From an uncultured Collinsella sp. (lineage in GTDB: Bacteria > Actinomycetota > Coriobacteriia > Coriobacteriales > Coriobacteriaceae), in assembly GCA_900542635.1 (NCBI GenBank), contig UQOJ01000005.1, forward strand, positions 176-64,175: a DNA stretch of 64,000 nucleotides, in the 5' to 3' direction. A program made the position numbers and the translations under genes. The notes below the pieces were generated by a model. It made no database searches. It was given only the letters and a program-made list of their open reading frames with translations, and was not told the origin of the DNA. Shown piece after piece: positions 1 to 11,035 of this stretch. Position 1 is the first letter of the stretch; each line of letters opens with the position of its first letter.

Positions 1-259
1 GCCGCATAGCGATAGGAGAGAGATGGAAGAGTATCCTCTTCCAGACTCGATTCTTTTCTGCGATTAAATCAAGAATGATAGCAATCATTCATCCGATCCA
101 AACAAGAAGAATTCACTTATATATGAGTGAGGAGCATCTGATCGCGAGCACAGTGAAGACACTGTGCCGCGGTATGAGATACCCGAATTGCGACATACGA
201 GCGCTATTCATGATATCGATTAATTAACTTTAGCGACACGTGGATATCCCGCGGGCCCG
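1..259 (+). other. rRNA operon spacer upstream of 23S (partial); no tRNA recognised in it
   Basis: AT-richer non-coding stretch directly 5-prime of the conserved 23S 5-prime block GGGCGCACGGCGGATGCCTTGGCAC. No cloverleaf-like T-arm was seen. Confidence 0.5.
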
Positions 260-3240
<2,981 letters not shown>

Positions 3241-3386
3241 GAACCGCACCTCGCGGCCCGCGGGACATGCGCTCAGAAGCGCGGTCCGGGCACGAGGATG
3301 CCCCCGAGTCAGTTCCCTTTCCTATACGCCATGCGGCCCCCAGGGCACGTGAGTAGACACCGGACACCGTAACGGTGGGCGCCGCC

Positions 3387-3511
3387 CACCGGTCAGCGGC
3401 CAGAGCATGGGGGGCACGCCCGGTCCCGTTCCGAACCCGGAAGCTAAGCCCCATCGCGCCGAGAGTACTGCGGGGTCAGCCCGTGGGAGGCCAGGGCGCC
3501 GCTGACCGGTG
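3387..3511 (+). rRNA. rrf: 5S ribosomal RNA
   Basis: CCGGTCCCGTTCCGAACCCGGAAGCTAAGCCCC...GAGAGTACTG core. Terminal helix CACCGGTCAGCGGC / GCCGCTGACCGGTG. Confidence 0.88.
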
Positions 3512-3540
3512 GACGGCACCGAGCCGTACGCTTGAACTGA

Positions 3541-3572
3541 GAAGGGGGAGGCCACGCGGCCTCCCCCTTTTT
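3541..3572 (+). terminator. intrinsic terminator of the rRNA operon
   Basis: GGGGGAGGCC-ACGC-GGCCTCCCCC followed by TTTTT. Confidence 0.85.
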
Positions 3573-3681
3573 GCGTTTGCGGGCTTTTGTCTCACATAGT
3601 AGCTGTGTTTTATAACCCTCGTTTGTCGCATCTTCTGTGAACGGGCTACAATAACTTAGTCTGTGCGATATGGAGGTGAAC

Positions 3682-4221
3682 ATGGCTGAAGCTGGTGTCG
3701 GCGTTGATATCGTCGAGATTTCCCGTATGAAATCAATTCTTGAAAAGACGCCGTCGTTTGCTAGGCGTGTGTTTACCGAAGAAGAGCGTGCGTATTGCGA
3801 TGCATCATCGCGCCCCGCTGCTCACTATGCCAGCCGCTTTGCTTCGCGCGAGGCGGTACTTAAAGCTCTCGGCACGGGTTTTAGTCAAGGCGTTGGTCGC
3901 AAGGATGTTTCGGTTACGCGTGATAAACTCGGCAAACCGAAGGCGCTGCTTTCGGGCCGTGCTCTCGAGATCGCTCAAGAGCTGGGTGTTGTTGAGGTCG
4001 CTCTTTCCATTACGCTTACAGGAGACTTAGCCGTTGCGAATGCCATCGCGATTACCGAAGATGCTCGGCCTAAGCCAAAAGAGGAAAAGGTGAGTACCAA
4101 GAAACGCGTAGCGCAGACATTTAAAGAGGCTCGCTCTGTTTTAGATGAGCTTGAGCAGCTGCAGAATTCAGCATTGACGGAGCACCTGGGCGATGCTTCG
4201 CAAGATACGCTAGGAGCATAG
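3682..4221 (+). CDS. acpS: holo-[acyl-carrier-protein] synthase (4-phosphopantetheinyl transferase) with ~55-aa C-terminal extension
   Basis: N-terminus GVGVDIVEISRM...ERAYC...FASREAVLKALG is typical of AcpS. ATG at 3682 is preceded by GGAGGTGAAC; the ORF track start at 3670 lies inside that SD. Confidence 0.85.
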   Translation: MAEAGVGVDIVEISRMKSILEKTPSFARRVFTEEERAYCDASSRPAAHYASRFASREAVLKALGTGFSQGVGRKDVSVTRDKLGKPKALLSGRALEIAQELGVVEVALSITLTGDLAVANAIAITEDARPKPKEEKVSTKKRVAQTFKEARSVLDELEQLQNSALTEHLGDASQDTLGA

Positions 4222-5838
4222 ATGAAACCGGTTTTGAGTACCGAAGAAGTCGTTCGTCTCGAGGACATCATCGAACGCGAAGGGACTTCGAAGGCTGAGC
4301 TTATGGAGCTAGCGGGTGAGTTTGCCGCCAACGAGGTCTTGAAGCTCAATCCCGATCGGGTTCTCGTTCTGGTCGGTTTTGGTAATAATGGCGGCGACGG
4401 TTGGGTTGCCGCCGATATTCTGAGCCATAAGGGTGTGGACGTCGATATCGTTTCTCCGGTTGAGCCGGATGAGATTCCTGCTGCTCTGGCACGTCATGTT
4501 GCTCGTCGTACTGCCGGCCGCGATGTGCACGTTTGTGTCGGCCCCTCGCGTGACGAACTCGAGGTTTTGATCGATAAGGCCGATGTTGTTGTTGATGCCA
4601 TTTTTGGTACCGGTTTCCACGGGAATCTGCGTGCGCCGTTCTCCATCTGGATTCCTACGGTCAATGAATGCGCCGATTGTGTCGTATCCATTGATGTCCC
4701 CTCGGGCCTGAATGCCGAGACGGGCGTTGTTGATGACGACTGCATTCGTGCCGAGCATACGGTGACGATGATTGCGCCCAAGATTGGTCTGTATAGCGCT
4801 GATGGCCCTGAGTATGCTGGCGATTTGATCTGCGGCAATCTTTACGACCGTCTTGACGAGGTCATCGATGATGTCGACCACGCCGCCGAGATTGTCGAGC
4901 CCGGTGACTTAGTTGATTACTTTGCTCCACTACCTACGAATATCGATAAGTATTCCCGTGGCTCTGTGCTTATTGTCGCCGGATCTGCGCAATATCCTGG
5001 TGCTGCCATTATGGCGGCCAAGTCTGCAGCTCGCGCGGGTGCTGGTTACGTGGCAGTCGCGGCTCCTGACGCCTGCGCCAATCTTATTCGCATGGCACTT
5101 CCTTCGATTCCCGTCTTTGCTATTCCGTCTGATTCCCGCGGCTCCTTTGGCGCCGCTGCGCGCATGACTGTGTGCGAGATTGCAAAGAAGTACAGCTGTG
5201 TACTGTGCGGTCCCGGTATGACGACATCTGCCGGCGCTATGCAGGTGGTTTCGGGCTTGCTCGAGCTTGATGTGCCGCTTATTTTGGACGCCGATGCACT
5301 CAACTGCCTTGCTAAGATTGCCATTGACGGTATTGATAGTAATCCCGAGATGTATCGTCGCGAGCAGCCGTTGGTTATGACGCCGCACTATCGTGAGCTT
5401 TCGCGTCTGGTTGCCGGTGACGAGGTGAACGACCTTGGTACCGCGATTGCGGCCGCGCAGAAGGTTGTCTGGGCTGCAGGCTCCGACAATCTGGTGGTCA
5501 TTGCCAAGGGGCCGACGACGGCTATCTGTGGCGTTGAGCGTGTGCTGCTGCCGCTCTCGGGTCCGGCTTCTCTGGCAACTGCCGGTTCGGGTGATGTTCT
5601 CGCGGGTATTTTGGCCGGCACGCTTGCCACCATGCGCGACGAGATGGATCGTTGGGAGTTGCTGTATTCGTACGCCGTCGCACTTCACAGCTACGCCGGT
5701 TTTGCCGCGGCGACGGAGTATGGTGAGAAGAGCGTCATCGCGACCGATCTTATCGACTTGATCGGTCCTGCCATGGAACTGGCGGCAAAGGATGCGCTCG
5801 AAGATCTGGGAATCATGGACGAAGGGTCGGATGACTAA
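4222..5838 (+). CDS. nnr: bifunctional NAD(P)H-hydrate epimerase / ADP-dependent dehydratase
   Basis: YjeF-N motif GFGNNGGDGW plus C-terminal carbohydrate-kinase-like GSGDVLAG; 538 aa. Confidence 0.85.
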   Translation: MKPVLSTEEVVRLEDIIEREGTSKAELMELAGEFAANEVLKLNPDRVLVLVGFGNNGGDGWVAADILSHKGVDVDIVSPVEPDEIPAALARHVARRTAGRDVHVCVGPSRDELEVLIDKADVVVDAIFGTGFHGNLRAPFSIWIPTVNECADCVVSIDVPSGLNAETGVVDDDCIRAEHTVTMIAPKIGLYSADGPEYAGDLICGNLYDRLDEVIDDVDHAAEIVEPGDLVDYFAPLPTNIDKYSRGSVLIVAGSAQYPGAAIMAAKSAARAGAGYVAVAAPDACANLIRMALPSIPVFAIPSDSRGSFGAAARMTVCEIAKKYSCVLCGPGMTTSAGAMQVVSGLLELDVPLILDADALNCLAKIAIDGIDSNPEMYRREQPLVMTPHYRELSRLVAGDEVNDLGTAIAAAQKVVWAAGSDNLVVIAKGPTTAICGVERVLLPLSGPASLATAGSGDVLAGILAGTLATMRDEMDRWELLYSYAVALHSYAGFAAATEYGEKSVIATDLIDLIGPAMELAAKDALEDLGIMDEGSDD

Positions 5839-5840
5839 TC

Positions 5841-6986
5841 ATGAATAAAGCCGATTTGACGCGCTGGTCCTGGGTCGAGATCGACCGCGGGGCGCTCCGT
5901 CGCAACACGAGGGCCTATAAGAACTTGCTGAATCCACGTCAGCGCCTGTGCTGCGTGGTCAAGGCCGATGCTTATGGTCATGGAGCTGTTGAGTGCGCCA
6001 AGATCATGTATTCGGTCGGTGCCGACATGTTTGCCGTGGCGACGGTTAACGAGGGCGTTGAGCTCCGACAGGGCGGGATTACGAAACCCATCCTCATCCT
6101 AAGCGAGCCGCCTATCGAGGCCATTCCGACGTTGCTCGAGTTTGATATCATGCCCTCGGTCTATACGTCTGACTTTGCTCTTGCGTATGGCGAATGTGCC
6201 GTCGCGGCGGGCAAAGTGGGCAAGTATCATCTCGCCATCGAGACGGGCATGAATCGTATCGGCGTTCACTACACGCAGGTGCTCGACTTTGTCCGCGGTA
6301 TAAATTTCCATCGCGGTATTCAGTGCGACGGCGTATTTACGCACTTCGCCACGGCCGATGAACCTTCGGGCTGGGACTACAAGCTGCAGTGTCAGCGCTT
6401 TACCGAGGCCGTTCAGGCCATTAAGGATGCGGGTTTTGAGTGCGGTATCGTGCACTGCGCCAACACGCCGTCCTCGATGCTCGACCCCTCGATGCATTTT
6501 GATATGATCCGCGCCGGCGTTGGCTTGTATGGCATGCAGCCGTGCGAGCTGAGTGGCCGCGTGATGCAGCTTGATCCCGTTATGAGCGTCCATGCGCGTG
6601 TGACGCGCGTGGCACACCCTGCGATGGGTGAGGGCGTGGGCTACGGTTTTACCTACCGCGTACCGCGTACGCGCGTTCAGATCTGCACGCTGCCGATCGG
6701 TTATGCCGATGGCCTATCGCGTACGCTTTCCAATCGTATGGATGTGCTGTATCGCGGCGAGCGCGTGCATCAGGTTGGCAATATCTGCATGGACCAGTTT
6801 ATGGTCGCCATTCAGTCCAACCCGGCACACGAGATTCCCGAGGCCGAGTATGGTGACGAGATGATCATTGTCGGCCGCGATGGCGATGCCGAGATCACTA
6901 TGGACGAGATGGCCCGACTGCGCGGAACGATTAACTACGAGGTCGCCTGCGGCTTTGGCATGCGTCTCGACAAGGTCTACGTGTAG
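5841..6986 (+). CDS. alr: alanine racemase
   Basis: VVKADAYGHG PLP-lysine motif; 381 aa, full-length family architecture. Confidence 0.9.
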   Translation: MNKADLTRWSWVEIDRGALRRNTRAYKNLLNPRQRLCCVVKADAYGHGAVECAKIMYSVGADMFAVATVNEGVELRQGGITKPILILSEPPIEAIPTLLEFDIMPSVYTSDFALAYGECAVAAGKVGKYHLAIETGMNRIGVHYTQVLDFVRGINFHRGIQCDGVFTHFATADEPSGWDYKLQCQRFTEAVQAIKDAGFECGIVHCANTPSSMLDPSMHFDMIRAGVGLYGMQPCELSGRVMQLDPVMSVHARVTRVAHPAMGEGVGYGFTYRVPRTRVQICTLPIGYADGLSRTLSNRMDVLYRGERVHQVGNICMDQFMVAIQSNPAHEIPEAEYGDEMIIVGRDGDAEITMDEMARLRGTINYEVACGFGMRLDKVYV

Positions 6987-6994
6987 GAGCCGCT

Positions 6995-7615
6995 ATGGGC
7001 GTCATGCACATCCCCGGCCATACCCATCAGGCACCACGTGAGGTCGCACTCGAGGAAATTGAGGCCGTTCTGGGCGATTGTCACCTCTGCCAGCTCTACC
7101 AGTCGCGTCACAATATCGTGTTTGGCGTGGGAAACCCCCGCGCTCGCGTGATGTTTATTGGTGAGGCGCCGGGCCGCAATGAGGATTTGCAGGGCGAGCC
7201 TTTTGTGGGGGCGGCAGGCGAGGACCTCAACGGCATTTTGTCGCTGGCGGGGCTCAAACGCGAAGACGTCTACATTGCCAACGTGCTTAAGTGCCGCCCG
7301 CCGGGAAACCGCAATCCGCGTCCCGAGGAAGTGCTGGCTTGCTCGCCGTTTTTGCGTGAGCAGATTCGAAGCATCTGGCCTGATATTATCGTGACACTCG
7401 GCAACCCCGCGACGCACTTTGTGCTTAAGACCGAGATTGGCATTACTAAGCTGCGCGGCAGGTTCCACCAGATGGGGCATTTTGTAGTAATGCCCACTTT
7501 TCATCCGGCAGCAGCGCTGCGCAATCCGGCGTGGCAGGAGCTGCTGGAGGAAGACTTTAAGATGCTGGGCGATTATCTGGAGCGACATCCCGCACCAGAG
7601 GACGCCTCGGAATAA
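6995..7615 (+). CDS. uracil-DNA glycosylase, family 4
   Basis: GEAPGRNEDLQGEPFVGAAG and HPAAALRNP motifs; N-terminal Cys cluster (CHLCQL). Confidence 0.85.
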   Translation: MGVMHIPGHTHQAPREVALEEIEAVLGDCHLCQLYQSRHNIVFGVGNPRARVMFIGEAPGRNEDLQGEPFVGAAGEDLNGILSLAGLKREDVYIANVLKCRPPGNRNPRPEEVLACSPFLREQIRSIWPDIIVTLGNPATHFVLKTEIGITKLRGRFHQMGHFVVMPTFHPAAALRNPAWQELLEEDFKMLGDYLERHPAPEDASE

Positions 7616-7627
7616 TAAGGAGCATAT

Positions 7628-8134
7628 ATGTCCCTGGAGCGCCTGGGGGTAGGTACTTACAAAACGACTTGCGCTGCCGATACGGAGTACTTTGGCGAGC
7701 TAATTGCACCGTGCCTTGAGGACGGCGATGTGCTTATCCTGACCGGTGGCCTGGGAGTGGGCAAAACTCACTTTACCAAGGGCGTCTCGCGCGGGCTGGG
7801 CGATGGACATATGGTTACGAGTCCTACGTTTGCGCTCATGGCCGTTCACGATCAAGGTCGTATTCCGCTGTTTCACTTTGATCTATACCGCCTGGAGCAT
7901 GCCTACGAGCTCGAGGATACGGGCATTTTCGATGTGCTGGGCTATGAGGGTGCTTGCCTGCTGGAATGGGGCGAACAATTCCAGGACGAGCTGACGGATG
8001 AGTATCTTTCGGTGACGCTCAAGCGTGATGAGGGCGACAGCGATGTGCGAACGATAACGCTTGAGGCGCACGGTGACCGCGCAATGGAGCTTTCCCATTT
8101 GATTGATAAGGCTGTACAAGATGAGCTTGCATAA
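7628..8134 (+). CDS. tsaE: tRNA t6A37 biosynthesis ATPase TsaE
   Basis: Walker A GGLGVGKTHFTKG; SPTFAL; HFDLYRL. Confidence 0.88.
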   Translation: MSLERLGVGTYKTTCAADTEYFGELIAPCLEDGDVLILTGGLGVGKTHFTKGVSRGLGDGHMVTSPTFALMAVHDQGRIPLFHFDLYRLEHAYELEDTGIFDVLGYEGACLLEWGEQFQDELTDEYLSVTLKRDEGDSDVRTITLEAHGDRAMELSHLIDKAVQDELA

Positions 8135-10505
8135 CGACAACGCGCTGGTGGTGGCGCTCGATACCTCGACCGACATGCTTGCCTGCGCGGCAAGCTGGAT
8201 TGATGGGCAGACGGGCGAGACGAAGCTCGTGAGTGGCGACCACATGTGTCGCCGTCACGCCAACGTTGAGCTCGTGAATACCGTTGATGGCGTGCTGGCT
8301 CAAGCCGGTCTGGATCGCAGCGATGTTGGTTGCTATGTGGTCGGTCGCGGCCCGGGGTCCTTTACGGGTGTGCGCATCGGCATCTCCACTGCCAAGGGCC
8401 TCGCGCGTGGTGCCAATGTTCCGCTGCTGGGCGTGTCGACGCTCGACGCTTGCGCTTGGACGGCGTGGAAGGCTGGCGTGCGCGGCAAGCTTGGTATCTT
8501 GGCCGATGCTATGCGCGGTGAGGTATATCCGGCGCTGTATATGCTGGTCGATGAGGGTCCCGAGCGTCAATTTGAGCGCGAACACGTGGTCAAGGCCGCC
8601 GTGGCGCTCGATGAGTGGCGCCGAGCAGCGGACTGGGACCAGGTTCAGCTGACCGGTGACGGTCTCGTGCGCTATGGCAAGCTGCTGGGTGAGGACGAGA
8701 CCGCCCGCTGCGTGGAGCGCGACCTGTGGTGGCCTTCGGGCGAGGGCTTGCTGCTCGCGCACGCTGCGGGTGACGGCGATCCGGCCCGCGTCCTGCCGAT
8801 TTACACGCGCCTTTCGGATGCCGAGGAAAACGAGCGCAAGCGTCTTGGTCTTGCCGAGAGTGCGCAGAGCGGAATTACGGGCGTTGCCGATGAGCTCGCC
8901 GGTCGTCATCTGCAGTTCCGTCCCATGGGCGCGGCGGATGCCGAGGGCGCGAGCGCGTTGGAAGCTGCCTGCTTTGAAGGTGCCGGACACGAGGCGTGGA
9001 CGCCGGGCATGTTCCTGTCCGAACTGGGCGAGGACGTCGCTGCGCCGCGTAGTTGGTGGGTGGCACACGACGACGGCAAGCTACTGGGCCTTGCCGGCGG
9101 TATGGTCGTGGACGGTGATGTGCAGATTCTGGATGTCGCCGTCGACCCGGCACATCGCCGTGAGGGCATTGCCCGCAAGCTGCTGTCGCACGTGAGCTAT
9201 GATGCCCAGATGCTCGGCTGCACCACGGCTTCGCTCGAGGTCGAGGACGGCAACGAGGGAGCGATTGCGCTCTATAACGCTCTGGGCTTTACCGAGGCTG
9301 GCCGTCGCCGCGGCTACTATGGTGCCGGCAAGGACGCCATCGTCATGACGGCCCCGCTGCCCCTGGTACTTCCGGTCGACAATGCTTCGCCCGAGCCGAC
9401 GGCGGCAGAGCAGCGCGTGTGGCCGCTGCCTGCGCCTGGGCGCTCCGAGGGGGAGCGTGCCGAAATTGAGCGCCGCCGCCTAGTGCTCGCTATCGAGAGC
9501 TCCTGCGACGAGACGGCCGTGGCGATTATCGATGCGGATGGCAATATGCTGGCCAACCAGGTGTCGACGCAGATTGATTTTCATGCCCGCTTTGGCGGCG
9601 TGGTGCCCGAGATTGCCTCGCGCAAACACGTTGAGGTGATTGTGAGTGTCGTGGATGCGGCGCTCGAGGATGCCGCAGCATCGCTTGGTCTTGAGGATGG
9701 AGCCATTGCCCCCAGCGAGCTTGCCGCCGTGGGCGTGACACAGGGTCCGGGCCTGGTGGGCGCGCTCGTGGTTGGCGTCGCCTTCGCCAAGGGCTTTGCC
9801 TACGCTGCCGGCAAGCCGCTCGTGTGCGTCAACCATCTGGAGGGGCACCTGTTTGCCAACCTGCTGGCGCAACCCGACCTCAAACCGCCGTTTATCTTCA
9901 CGCTTGTCTCGGGTGGGCACACCATGCTCGTGCACGTGAAGGCGTGGGGCGACTACGAGGTGCTCGGTGAGACGCTCGACGACGCTGTGGGCGAGGCCTT
10001 CGACAAGGTAGCCAAGGCATTGGGTCTGGGCTATCCCGGTGGCCCCATCATTTCCAAGCTGGCCGAGACGGGCAACCCCAAGGCGATCGATTTCCCCCGT
10101 GCGCTTAACAGCAGAGGAGACTATCGCTTCTCGCTTTCGGGCCTTAAAACCGCTGTGACGCTCTACATTGAACAGGAGACCAAGGCCGGGCGCACGATTC
10201 ACCTGCCCGATCTGGCAGCTTCGTTCGAGGCAGCTGTCTTTGACGTGCAGTACAAGAAGGCCAAAAACGCATTGCACGCTACCGGATGCAAGGAATACTG
10301 CATCGGTGGCGGCGTCTCGGCCAACCCGCATCTGCGCGAGATGATGATCAAGAAGCTTGGGCGTCAGGGGATTCGCGTAACGGTGCCGCCCTTGTCTGCC
10401 TGTACCGATAACGCAGCCATGATTGCGGAGGTCGCTCGCCGTAAATTCGACCGAGGTGAAATCTCGCCGTTCGACGTCGACGCCGATCCAAACATGACGC
10501 TGTAG
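8121..10505 (+). CDS. tsaD: single ORF fusing TsaB, RimI-type N-acetyltransferase and TsaD
   Basis: No stop codon from 8103 to 10505. aa ~1-235 are TsaB-like (ALDTSTD...GPGSFTGVRIG). aa ~290-420 are GNAT (ILDVAVDPAHRREGIARKLL...ALYNALGF). aa ~455-794 are TsaD (LAIESSCDETAVAI...GVTQGPGLVGALVVG...VSGGHT). ATG at 8121 was chosen as start; it overlaps the tsaE end. Confidence 0.85.
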   Translation: MSLHNDNALVVALDTSTDMLACAASWIDGQTGETKLVSGDHMCRRHANVELVNTVDGVLAQAGLDRSDVGCYVVGRGPGSFTGVRIGISTAKGLARGANVPLLGVSTLDACAWTAWKAGVRGKLGILADAMRGEVYPALYMLVDEGPERQFEREHVVKAAVALDEWRRAADWDQVQLTGDGLVRYGKLLGEDETARCVERDLWWPSGEGLLLAHAAGDGDPARVLPIYTRLSDAEENERKRLGLAESAQSGITGVADELAGRHLQFRPMGAADAEGASALEAACFEGAGHEAWTPGMFLSELGEDVAAPRSWWVAHDDGKLLGLAGGMVVDGDVQILDVAVDPAHRREGIARKLLSHVSYDAQMLGCTTASLEVEDGNEGAIALYNALGFTEAGRRRGYYGAGKDAIVMTAPLPLVLPVDNASPEPTAAEQRVWPLPAPGRSEGERAEIERRRLVLAIESSCDETAVAIIDADGNMLANQVSTQIDFHARFGGVVPEIASRKHVEVIVSVVDAALEDAAASLGLEDGAIAPSELAAVGVTQGPGLVGALVVGVAFAKGFAYAAGKPLVCVNHLEGHLFANLLAQPDLKPPFIFTLVSGGHTMLVHVKAWGDYEVLGETLDDAVGEAFDKVAKALGLGYPGGPIISKLAETGNPKAIDFPRALNSRGDYRFSLSGLKTAVTLYIEQETKAGRTIHLPDLAASFEAAVFDVQYKKAKNALHATGCKEYCIGGGVSANPHLREMMIKKLGRQGIRVTVPPLSACTDNAAMIAEVARRKFDRGEISPFDVDADPNMTL

Positions 10506-10522
10506 CTGGTACGGCGCGGTCC

Positions 10523-10647
10523 CCGGGCGGAGGGGCCGGATATAAGGTTTCCTGCTCTACAGTCCTGCGCAAGACGAAGGCCACATTAAGTGGCCTTCTT
10601 TGCGTGCGGAACTCGCGATAAACCTTATATCCGGCCCCTCCGCCCGG
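10523..10647. repeat. type A palindromic element, copy 1 (27-bp perfect arms + ~70-nt conserved core)
   Basis: Arms CCGGGCGGAGGGGCCGGATATAAGGTT / AACCTTATATCCGGCCCCTCCGCCCGG. The core is shared with 15298-15434 and 33219-33354. Starts 18 nt after the stop at 10505. Confidence 0.85.
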
Positions 10648-10765
10648 CTCCCGCGGCTCTCAGGGGCATCTCTCATGCAAAAACTGTCGTGGGGTAAAGT
10701 CCGAGGTCAGTGGCGTTTTATACCGAGAATTTCAAAAAAAGCTGAAAATTCATTACACATTTGCG

Positions 10766-10794
10766 TTGACTTTAGGTAACTAAAGTTTCATACT
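10766..10794 (+). promoter_or_regulatory. candidate sigma-70-type promoter for the cstA leader
   Basis: TTGACT - 17 nt - CATACT in an AT-rich stretch, ~240 nt upstream of the cstA ATG. Confidence 0.5.
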
Positions 10795-10961
10795 CCTTTT
10801 CAACCACTGGGGGATGTGAACACGCACGGATCGTTCACATCATGATTGAAGAGGATTTCTTAGACATGTTCACGCATCAGCTAAACATTATCAGCGTAGT
10901 AATTATCTGATGCGGGTTAGCACATACAGCTAGCCCGTACGATAACGGGCGGCTGATGAAG

Positions 10962-11001
10962 ATGAGGGCCGTCGAGCGCAACCGACGGCCCTCATTTTTT
11001 A
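10962..11001 (+). terminator. intrinsic terminator inside the cstA 5-prime leader (candidate attenuator)
   Basis: ATGAGGGCCGTCG-AGCGCAAC-CGACGGCCCTCAT followed by TTTTTT, ending 35 nt before the cstA ATG. The SD GGAGGAA lies downstream of it. Confidence 0.75.
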
Positions 11002-11035
11002 TGTCTAGGAAGTTCTTTTTAGAGGAGGAAATGTA

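Noticed and set aside
3670-3681. Upstream ATG at 3670 as the acpS start
   Set aside because: The GGAGG Shine-Dalgarno sequence lies inside these codons and is correctly spaced for the ATG at 3682.
10523-10647. Type A elements as integron attC sites or as classical MITEs
   Set aside because: attC sites carry RYYYAAC at the outer left and GTTRRRY at the outer right; here GGTT/AACC sit at the inner ends of the arms and no intI is present. MITEs have conserved terminal inverted repeats and target-site duplications, whereas here the termini differ completely between copies.
10811-10819. SD-like GGGGG followed by ATG-TGA (start-stop mini-ORF) in the cstA leader
   Set aside because: It is a single occurrence that overlaps the first leader hairpin. 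Nothing distinguishes it from chance.
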